Below, one piece after another: positions 8,562 through 15,184 of a stretch of 32,000 bases of DNA. The first letter of the stretch is position 1; the number at the start of each line of letters is the position of its first letter. The notes beneath the pieces were generated by a model. The model was not told the DNA's origin. It was given only the letters and a program-made list of their open reading frames with translations, and did not search any database. Made by a program: the position numbers and the translations under genes. Source of the DNA: Candidatus Saccharimonadota bacterium (GTDB taxonomy: Bacteria > Patescibacteriota > Patescibacteriia > 2-12-FULL-60-25); assembly GCA_022843095.1 (NCBI GenBank), contig JALHOH010000001.1, positions 360,001 to 392,000 of the forward strand, read 5' to 3'.

Positions 8562-8720
8562 GATAATCAGGAATAAAAGAGCACGGTGGCAGATTCGTTA
8601 TAGCGGTGCGGACAACCTCGACAATGCGACCCCACAAACATCTCCGTCTAGACAGCGGGGATTTTTGTTTTGGGACGGATGGGTGGTGCAGGGCATGCAA
8701 CCTCGTTAGAATCGATTTCT

Positions 8721-9074
8721 ATGATGATCGAGCCGAAGCGCGTAGAAAAACCGTGGGGATATGAAATTTGGTTTGCCCAGACGGATCGGTATGTGGGGAA
8801 GTTGATCCATGTCCATGCCGGGGCGCAGTTGAGTTTGCAGTACCACGAGAAAAAAGAAGAAACGATGTACTGCCTTCGCGGAGATGCGCGGCTTGTGATT
8901 GAGCGGGAGGGACGACTGGAGGAAATTCCGTTTCCCGTAGGTCAATCATTCCACATTCTTCCGGGGACAAAACATCGCTTAAAAGCAGGCGAAGAATCAT
9001 GTGATGTCTTGGAGGCATCCACGGCCGAGATGGACGATGTGGTGCGTTTGCAAGACGACTTTGGACGCATCTAA
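8721..9074 (+). CDS. Cupin-domain protein (type II phosphomannose-isomerase C-terminal-like)
   Basis: KPWGYEIWFAQTDRYVGKLIHVHAGAQLSLQYHEKKEETMYCL...GTKHRL...EASTAEMDDVVRLQDDFGR. The -10-like TAGAAT (8707-8712) lies 8 nt upstream of ATG 8721. The track start at 8670 is a TTG. Confidence 0.7.
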   Translation: MMIEPKRVEKPWGYEIWFAQTDRYVGKLIHVHAGAQLSLQYHEKKEETMYCLRGDARLVIEREGRLEEIPFPVGQSFHILPGTKHRLKAGEESCDVLEASTAEMDDVVRLQDDFGRI

Positions 9075-9154
9075 ATCCGCCGACACTGGACATTCTTTTG
9101 CGTTTGCCGTGACCATGTGGCCGTGAGGAAGCGTTCCTTGCGAAGGAGGTTCCA

Positions 9155-10489
9155 ATGGTGACAATCCAGCAGGCGCCGCGGTGGATGACGGCGGCAGCGG
9201 TGCCGTGGTTCTTGGCAGATGCGGAAGGGTTATTCCGGCATGTGACACGGCGTGGCGGAGTCGTGCGTTTTACGATGATCAACCGCCCGTGTCTCGCCGT
9301 GCATGAGCCGGAGGTGGTGAAGCGCATCCTGGTCGGAGAAGATCGGGTGCACTACGACGTTGCGATGACAGGGCTGCGAGTTCTCGCGGAACTCATCGGT
9401 TCAAAAGGGGTGCTGACGACGCCACGCGGCGAGCGGCACACGCAAGCCCGCAAGGAGATCGGTCGGGCGCTGCACGGATCCGGACTCGCGCGGGCGAGCG
9501 CGATCATGTGGGAAGAGGCGGAGACCATCGTCACCGAGATGAAGTGGGTGGCGGTGACCAAGAAGTCCTTCGACATGGCGGAGCTCATGGGGCTGTACGC
9601 CATCCGTGTGATTGCTCGTTCCGTGTTTGGGATGGATCTGTCGCCAGAGATGGTCCGGACCACGCGTGACGCGGTGGAAGAGGGGATCGCCATTCTGTTT
9701 CCCAAGATGCAGCTCCCGATCCTTCCGCCACTTCGTTGGCTGCCACGGTTTCGGTTTCACGCGGAGGCGCTGGATGGGATCGTGGAAACGATGATTAATC
9801 GGCGTCTTCAGGCGAACGACTGGCGAGGTGGAGAGGACACGATGTCCATCCTCCTTTGCCTGGAACAGGATGGAAAGATCGATCGAGACGAGGTGAAGGA
9901 TAACCTCAAAACCCTGTTCGTGGCCGGCCATGAAACCACGGCGAGCGCGTTGACCTGGCTCTGGAAGCTCCTTGCAGAGCATCCGGACCGATACGACTGG
10001 ATCGCGGATGAGGCGCAGGATCTGGCAGGACCTCTGCCGGCGACTGGACGGGTCCCGGCAAAGCGCGTGGAGGCATTGATCAACGAAAGTATGCGGTTGA
10101 CCCCGGTCGCCGCGCTCCTTGGTCGTGAAGCGATCGCGGATCATGAACTGTGCGGAGAGAGGATTCAGGCGGGAACGTTGGCGTTTCTGCCTAATCTGAC
10201 ACGTCATCATGATCCCGCCATCTGGGGACCGGATGCGCATACCGTGCGTCCGGAACGGTTTCTGGAAGATCCAAGCGGAATCCGCACGCGTCTGCTCTTC
10301 TCGCCGTTCGGGGGAGGAGATCGTCTGTGCCTCGGGATGGCGTTCGCGATGCTCGAAATGGCGACGCTTGTGATCCAGGTGTCACAAAGTGGTGTCCGGT
10401 TTCGCTTGGCACCGGATGCGAAGATCAAGATCGATGCCGGGATGACCCGAAAACTCCCGCATCTTCATATGATCGCGACGTACACGTAA
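9155..10489 (+). CDS. Cytochrome P450 monooxygenase
   Basis: Heme-thiolate loop FGGGDRLCLG (FxxGxRxCxG), I-helix AGHETTA, ExxR (ESMR). SD GAAGGAGG lies 5 nt upstream of the ATG. Confidence 0.9.
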   Translation: MVTIQQAPRWMTAAAVPWFLADAEGLFRHVTRRGGVVRFTMINRPCLAVHEPEVVKRILVGEDRVHYDVAMTGLRVLAELIGSKGVLTTPRGERHTQARKEIGRALHGSGLARASAIMWEEAETIVTEMKWVAVTKKSFDMAELMGLYAIRVIARSVFGMDLSPEMVRTTRDAVEEGIAILFPKMQLPILPPLRWLPRFRFHAEALDGIVETMINRRLQANDWRGGEDTMSILLCLEQDGKIDRDEVKDNLKTLFVAGHETTASALTWLWKLLAEHPDRYDWIADEAQDLAGPLPATGRVPAKRVEALINESMRLTPVAALLGREAIADHELCGERIQAGTLAFLPNLTRHHDPAIWGPDAHTVRPERFLEDPSGIRTRLLFSPFGGGDRLCLGMAFAMLEMATLVIQVSQSGVRFRLAPDAKIKIDAGMTRKLPHLHMIATYT

Positions 10490-10496
10490 TCACCGA

Positions 10497-10523
10497 CCGC
10501 CCCATCTACCGGGGCGGTTTTTT
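10497..10523 (+). terminator. Rho-independent terminator after the P450 gene
   Basis: CCGCCCC-ATCTACC-GGGGCGG followed by TTTTTT. Confidence 0.8.
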
Positions 10524-10534
10524 ATGGTTTTGCG

Positions 10535-10563
10535 TTGGCAAACGATGGGGAGATAGGTAGACT
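10535..10563 (+). promoter_or_regulatory. Putative promoter TTGGCA-17 nt-TAGACT
   Basis: Hexamers at 10535-10540 and 10558-10563. The -10 ends 8 nt before ATG 10572 (leaderless-type geometry). Confidence 0.35.
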
Positions 10564-10571
10564 TTCAGTAT

Positions 10572-11375
10572 ATGTCCATCCGCACACGCGTGGTGTCGTT
10601 GTTGGTTGGGGTGTCTGTCCTGCTTCCAGCCTCTGCGCCAGTCTTGGCAGGGGATTGCTACGTGGACCCGGTGTATCACTATTCCGGTACGGGAAGCATC
10701 AAATCCGGTGTCTTTTTGCGTGATCACGCGTGTATGACCGGGTCTTCGATTCTTGCGACGGTCCCGTCCGGCGCCGCGATTGAAGTGCTCGGGTTCACGG
10801 ATGGTTGGTACGCCATCAGTTGGAACGGCGCACGCGGCTGGGTTGGAATGCAGTTTGTTGAGACGGGATCCGCCGAAAAGAATGGGTATGTGACCGACTA
10901 TGACGGTTACATGAGCCTGAACCCAAGCAAAGGACAAAGTGCACCCGCCCCGACGCCAAAGGCACCGGTTTCAACGTCGGACGCGTCTATGCTTTCACGC
11001 GTTTCTGGATATATTCTGTTACAAACGCAGTCGCATGGAGAAGCCTGGTATGTCCATCCGGTGTTGGGAAAGCGTTACTACATGAAAGATGGCGCAACGG
11101 CGTATCAGATGATGCGGAGTTTTGGGCTTGGCGTGTCAGAAACGGACTACGCATCGATGGCTGCAGGAAACACCACGTTGAAGGCAAAGTTGCGCGGCCG
11201 GATCGTGTTGCGTGCGCAAGCTAAGGGGGAGGCGTATTACATCCATCCAAAAACGCTTGCCATGCACTATCTCGCGAACGGCGAAGAGGCCTATCGTGTC
11301 ATGCGGTTGTATAGCCTGGGAATCACGAATGCAGACCTGATGAAGCTTGCGGAATCAACGATTCCACTCAAGTAA
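10572..11375 (+). CDS. Secreted SH3b-domain protein with two tandem ~52-aa GEAWY-type repeats
   Basis: Signal peptide (VVSLLVGVSVLLPASAPVLAG). SH3b-like segment (ILATVPSGAAIEVLGFTDGWYAISWNGARGWV). Repeats: SGYILLQTQSHGEAWYVHPVLGKRYY...GLGVSETDY and RGRIVLRAQAKGEAYYIHPKTLAMHY...SLGITNADL. Confidence 0.7.
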   Translation: MSIRTRVVSLLVGVSVLLPASAPVLAGDCYVDPVYHYSGTGSIKSGVFLRDHACMTGSSILATVPSGAAIEVLGFTDGWYAISWNGARGWVGMQFVETGSAEKNGYVTDYDGYMSLNPSKGQSAPAPTPKAPVSTSDASMLSRVSGYILLQTQSHGEAWYVHPVLGKRYYMKDGATAYQMMRSFGLGVSETDYASMAAGNTTLKAKLRGRIVLRAQAKGEAYYIHPKTLAMHYLANGEEAYRVMRLYSLGITNADLMKLAESTIPLK

Positions 11376-11376
11376 C

Positions 11377-11883
11377 ATGCGATTTTCTTGGACCTGGTCG
11401 GTGCGCGGGGGAGCTGCGGTGCCTTTTGTAAGCATCGTATTCACGCTCGTTGGTATCGCGCTTTTTTTCCTGCCTTGGGTGGTAGGACTCCCGGTTTTTG
11501 GGGGTTCATCAGAGGACGGGGTTGCGGTCTTTGCCGTTTGGTTTTTGGCCGCCGTGTTTTTTGGGATCGGAGTCACGCTTCTTGTCTTGCGTGCGCGGGG
11601 CGTGGATCCTGAGGTCATGAGTCGTATCGGTGGGCTCATGGGTGCGCTCGCGTTCGGGATCCCTTCCACCGTCGTTTTTCCGTTACTTTGGTTGGCGCAT
11701 CAAAACCGTCCCAATGCTTTTTTTGGCGCTGAGGATGCGTTTGGGCCTGATCAGTACGTGATCGGTGGTATTTTTTCGTTGCTGGGCGTGTTGGTCACAT
11801 GTGCATCCATCGCCTTGTACCGGTATCAGGCGCGCACAGGCGAACCGGGATGGTCTTGGCGAAAAGAGGTGGATTTGAACTAG
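11377..11883 (+). CDS. Hypothetical integral membrane protein (about 4 TM)
   Basis: ATG 11377 lies 1 nt after the upstream stop. Hydrophobic segments are visible, and no motif was recognised. The track start at 11347 overlaps the upstream gene. Confidence 0.5.
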   Translation: MRFSWTWSVRGGAAVPFVSIVFTLVGIALFFLPWVVGLPVFGGSSEDGVAVFAVWFLAAVFFGIGVTLLVLRARGVDPEVMSRIGGLMGALAFGIPSTVVFPLLWLAHQNRPNAFFGAEDAFGPDQYVIGGIFSLLGVLVTCASIALYRYQARTGEPGWSWRKEVDLN

Positions 11884-11928
11884 AATTACGTTCGAGATGG
11901 ACAGGGGATGTGCTATACTTCCCTCGAT

Positions 11929-12930
11929 ATGCCTTCCGCGCGGCTGCGTGTCGGCGTGAGTGAGCTTTCGCCGCTCGTGATGAAGCGAGACGGCGCGATC
12001 GTTGGGTTTGAGGTGGATCTCTGGGAGGCGATCGCGGATCGGTTGGGCGTTGTCTCCGCGTATGAATGGCATGCGTTTCCGGCGTTGCTGCAAAAGACCT
12101 CAAAAGGGCAGATAGATGTTGGATTTGCCGGTATTTCGAAAACCGAAGCACGCGAGCGGATGATGGATTTTACGCATGCGTCTTTTCGCGGAGGGCTCTC
12201 GATTTTGGTGCGAACGCGCGGTGGCGGTCGACTGGTTCCGGCTCTTCGTAGTTTGTTTACGCGGCGCAAGGAAGCGCTACGATCGGCGCTTTTCATGATT
12301 TTTGTGTTCATTTTTTGCGTGAGCCATCTGCTTTGGTTCATTGAGCGTGGCGCAGGGGCATTTGATGCGGTCTATGCGCGAGGGATTCAGGATGCGGCGT
12401 GGTACACGATCGTGACGATGAGTACGGTGGGGTATGGCGATTTTGTTCCAAAAACCTTGCTTGGCCGTGGGATCGGGACGCTGACCATTTTGATCGGATA
12501 TGCGGTGTTCGCTCTGTTTATCGCAGAATTAAATACGGTGTTGTTGATGGAACGAACGCATGGATTGGTGCATGCTCCCGAAGATCTGCGTCGTCGGAAG
12601 GTGGCGACGGTGCGAAAAACGGTCAGCGAGACGTTGCTGCAAAAGTATCAGGCCACGGTCATTTCGGTGCCTTCGTTTGAGGAAGCAGTGCTGCGGTTAC
12701 GTCGTGGCGAGGTGGAAGCCGTGGTGTTTGATGCGCCGGTCGTCCAGCATTACGTGCGCGAACAGGGATCTTCTGATGTGCATATCGTCGGACCTCGATT
12801 TGAAGAACATGATTACGCATTCGTTGTGCCCGAGGGGAGTCCGTGGCATGAAAAAATCAATCGAACGTTGCTGCAATTAATGGAGGATGGGACGTACGAC
12901 CGATTGTATCGCCGGTGGTTTGGCGCGTGA
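11929..12930 (+). CDS. GluR0-type prokaryotic ionotropic glutamate-receptor homolog (SBP_bac_3 lobes split by a 2TM K+-channel pore)
   Basis: S1-like lobe (LRVGVSELSPLVMKRDGAIVGFEVDLWEAIADRLG...GFAGISKTEARE), M1 (ALFMIFVFIFCVSHLLWFI), P-loop with K+ filter TMSTVGYGDF, M2, then an S2-like lobe (VATVRKTVSE...VVFDAPVVQHY...YAFVVPEGSPW). An alternative ATG is at 11908. TGcTATACT (11911-11919) lies 9 nt upstream of ATG 11929. Confidence 0.8.
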   Translation: MPSARLRVGVSELSPLVMKRDGAIVGFEVDLWEAIADRLGVVSAYEWHAFPALLQKTSKGQIDVGFAGISKTEARERMMDFTHASFRGGLSILVRTRGGGRLVPALRSLFTRRKEALRSALFMIFVFIFCVSHLLWFIERGAGAFDAVYARGIQDAAWYTIVTMSTVGYGDFVPKTLLGRGIGTLTILIGYAVFALFIAELNTVLLMERTHGLVHAPEDLRRRKVATVRKTVSETLLQKYQATVISVPSFEEAVLRLRRGEVEAVVFDAPVVQHYVREQGSSDVHIVGPRFEEHDYAFVVPEGSPWHEKINRTLLQLMEDGTYDRLYRRWFGA

Positions 12931-12977
12931 TCCTATATCTTGTGGTACGTTATCCACCGCATCCGTATATCTTGTGG
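12930..12977. promoter_or_regulatory. Tandem NrdR-box-like sites 32 bp apart
   Basis: Direct repeat ATCC(G)TATATCTTGTGG at 12930-12945 and 12961/2-12977. The reverse complement of box 1, CCACAAGATATAGGAT, matches the published 16-nt NrdR consensus acaCwAtATaTwGtgt at 12/16 positions, including all strongly conserved ones. Box 2 is weaker. The pair lies upstream of nrdDG. Confidence 0.5.
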
Positions 12978-13049
12978 ATAACAAAAAAACGCCCGCAAAT
13001 ATCCCCCTAGACCCGGGGGTGATTGGGGGCGTATTCTAATGAATGAAGT

Positions 13050-13259
13050 ATGCCACCGCTTTGCGCAAAGGAATTCCGGTGTACGGGGTGTCGCAAACTT
13101 CTGTTTAAAGGGATCCTGGTCGAAGGGTCCATTGAACTCAAATGTAAATCCTGCGCCACCATGAACGTGATTCATGCCTCTGAACACAATGCGTTGCTTT
13201 GCTTGATCCCGAAGTGCCCCAATCGAATCGCGTGGAATGATCTTCCACCGAACGTCTAA
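13050..13259 (+). CDS. Mu Com-like zinc-ribbon protein (Com family)
   Basis: EFRCTGCRKLLFKGILVEGSIELKCKSCATMNVIHASEH parallels Mu Com as I recall it (IRCKNCNKLLFKADSFDHIEIRCPRCKRHIIMLNACEH): CxxC-x(16)-CxxC with the KLLFK motif. The overlapping minus-strand ORF (12933-13265) has an implausible composition. Confidence 0.65.
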   Translation: MPPLCAKEFRCTGCRKLLFKGILVEGSIELKCKSCATMNVIHASEHNALLCLIPKCPNRIAWNDLPPNV

Positions 13260-13284
13260 CCTCATCTAACACCGAAGCTCTCGA

Positions 13285-13307
13285 AGCTCACGTCCCCGTG
13301 AGTTTTT
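13285..13307 (+). terminator. Hairpin plus U-tract between the com-like gene and nrdD (terminator or attenuator)
   Basis: (AG)CTCACG-TCCC-CGTGAG(TT) followed by TTTTT. It lies 26 nt after the com-like stop and 108 nt before the nrdD ATG. Confidence 0.6.
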
Positions 13308-13414
13308 ATTGTATTCATACTCTGACCCAACTTATGTCACCACACGTTCTGACACCTGCACGAACGCTTCCGCGTCGCGCGACCGCGCGACCGTCGCAAG
13401 GCACATTGCATCCC

Positions 13415-15184
13415 ATGGTCGATGTGACACGGACGATAAACGAATACGTAGAACAGTCGGATTGGCGCGTTCAAGCGAATGCGAACCAAGGGTATTCGTT
13501 GGGAGGGATGATTCTGAACACGGCGGGGAAAGTCACGGCCAAGTATTGGTTGGATGAAGTGTATCCAGTCGAAGTAAAAGAAGCGCATGTGAACGGCGAT
13601 TTTCACATCCACGATTTAGACATGTTTTCCGGGTATTGCGCCGGGTGGAGTCTCCGGCAGTTGTTAGAGGAGGGGTTTAATGGGGTGCCGGGCAAGGTGG
13701 AATCTGACCCGCCAAAGCATTTTGAAACGGCGCTTGGCCAAATGGTGAACTTTTTGGGGACGTTGCAAAACGAATGGGCAGGGGCACAGGCGTTCTCTTC
13801 GTTCGATACGATGCTTGCGCCGTTTGTAAAAAACGATGGACTCACGTATGACCAGGTGCGTCAGGGGGTGCAGCAGTTTGTGTTTAATCTGAATGTTCCG
13901 TCGCGATGGGGGATGCAGACGCCATTCACAAACATCACACTCGATTGGATGGTGCCGGATGACATGAAAGAAAAACATCCGGTCGTTGGCGGTGTGCAGC
14001 AGTCATACACGTATGCGGACTGCCAGACCGAAATGGATCTGGTGAATCGCGCATTTATTGAGGTGATGACGGAAGGGGATCGGAAGGGGCGCGTGTTCAC
14101 GTTTCCCATCCCGACCTACAACATTACGCGTGATTTCGCTTGGGACACGCCCAATGCTCAATTGCTGTTCGAAATGACGGCAAAATATGGGATCCCGTAT
14201 TTTCAGAATTTCGTGAATTCGACGCTCCATCCAAGTGACGTGCGCAGTATGTGCTGCCGATTGCAGTTGGATCTGCGTGCTTTAAAAGCGCGGGGTGGTG
14301 GTTTGTTTGGGTCGGCGGAAATGACGGGAAGTGTCGGGGTCGTGACCATCAATCTGGCGCGTATTGGGTATCTCGCCGATTCGCGTGAAGATTTTTTTGC
14401 GCGACTTGGGAGGCTTATGGATCTTGCGCGGACATCCTTGGAAGAAAAGCGCGTTGTGGTCCAGGACAATATCGACCGTGGATTGTTGCCGTATACACGT
14501 CGGTATTTGCGGACGTTGCGCAATCATTTTTCGACGATTGGATTAAATGGGATGAATGAGGCGCTGCGTAACTTTCTTGGAACGGATATTGCCTCTGTCG
14601 AGGGAAGTGCGTTTGCGGAGGAGGTCCTTGAATTCATGCGTTTACGTTTGGTGCAGTATCAAGAAGAAACGGGGCATCTCTACAATTTGGAGGCGACGCC
14701 GGCGGAAGGGACGACCTATCGGTTCGCGAAAGAAGATCGTGCACGGTACCCAGATATTATTCAGGCGGGAACGGAGGACGCGCCATACTACACGAACTCG
14801 ACGCACCTGCCCGTTGGATACACGGATGATCCGCTCGCCGCATTGGACCATCAGGATCGTTTACAGACGAAGTACACGGGTGGAACGGTTCTGCATCTGT
14901 TTTTGGGGGAGCGCGTGCAGGATTGGAAGGCCTGCGCCGCCTTTGTAAAGAAGGTCGCCGAAGGATATCGGCTGCCGTATTTTACGCTGACGCCGACATT
15001 CAGTATCTGTCCGACGCATGGTTATGTGGCGGGTGAGCACACAACGTGTCCAACGTGTCACACGGGGTGCGAAGTCTGGTCGCGGATCGTGGGGTATTTC
15101 CGTCCGGTCGATCAATGGAATAAGGGGAAGCGTCAGGAATATCAGGACCGCAAAGAATATGCGGTGCCGGCATGTACGGTATGA
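13415..15184 (+). CDS. nrdD: Anaerobic (class III) ribonucleoside-triphosphate reductase
   Basis: The conserved N-terminus starts at MVDVTRTINEYVEQSDWRVQANANQGYS. C-terminal Zn site CPTHGY...CPTCHTGC and glycyl-radical motif SRIVGYFRP. The track start at 13298 (GTG) lies inside the upstream hairpin and is rejected. Confidence 0.95.
   Translation: MVDVTRTINEYVEQSDWRVQANANQGYSLGGMILNTAGKVTAKYWLDEVYPVEVKEAHVNGDFHIHDLDMFSGYCAGWSLRQLLEEGFNGVPGKVESDPPKHFETALGQMVNFLGTLQNEWAGAQAFSSFDTMLAPFVKNDGLTYDQVRQGVQQFVFNLNVPSRWGMQTPFTNITLDWMVPDDMKEKHPVVGGVQQSYTYADCQTEMDLVNRAFIEVMTEGDRKGRVFTFPIPTYNITRDFAWDTPNAQLLFEMTAKYGIPYFQNFVNSTLHPSDVRSMCCRLQLDLRALKARGGGLFGSAEMTGSVGVVTINLARIGYLADSREDFFARLGRLMDLARTSLEEKRVVVQDNIDRGLLPYTRRYLRTLRNHFSTIGLNGMNEALRNFLGTDIASVEGSAFAEEVLEFMRLRLVQYQEETGHLYNLEATPAEGTTYRFAKEDRARYPDIIQAGTEDAPYYTNSTHLPVGYTDDPLAALDHQDRLQTKYTGGTVLHLFLGERVQDWKACAAFVKKVAEGYRLPYFTLTPTFSICPTHGYVAGEHTTCPTCHTGCEVWSRIVGYFRPVDQWNKGKRQEYQDRKEYAVPACTV

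Noticed and set aside
8539-8709. 56-aa ORF (MPDSSGVLIIRNKRARWQIRYSGADN...) in the junction intergenic region
   Set aside because: It starts inside the copper-operon terminator hairpin, has no SD or promoter, and its composition is unremarkable. It is probably fortuitous.
8719-10240. Long minus-strand ORFs (8719-9327, 9401-10240) antisense to the cupin and P450 genes
   Set aside because: These are typical high-GC shadow ORFs (R/P/S/G-rich) that fully overlap strongly supported + strand genes.
12982-13032. A7 tract plus nested GC-rich hairpin (ACGCCC..CCCCC-TAGACCC-GGGGG..GGGCGT), considered as the terminator of the GluR0-like gene
   Set aside because: On the + strand no U-tract follows the stem. 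The T-tract exists only in the minus-strand reading, where there is no upstream gene to terminate. Alternative G5/C5 pairings make the fold ambiguous. Function left open (possibly part of the com-like 5' region).
12933-13265. 110-aa minus-strand ORF covering the com-like region
   Set aside because: No recognisable motif and an odd composition. It would contain the NrdR-like boxes and the GC hairpin. The + strand ORF has a convincing Com-type CxxC..CxxC/KLLFK signature.
13298-13414. ORF-track N-terminal extension of nrdD (GTG at 13298, 39 extra aa: MSFYCIHTLTQLMSPHVLTPARTLPRRATARPSQGTLHP)
   Set aside because: The GTG lies inside the 3' arm of the hairpin/U-tract at 13285-13307. The extra residues look like translated non-coding sequence, and the conserved NrdD N-terminus begins at MVDVTRTINEY (ATG 13415).
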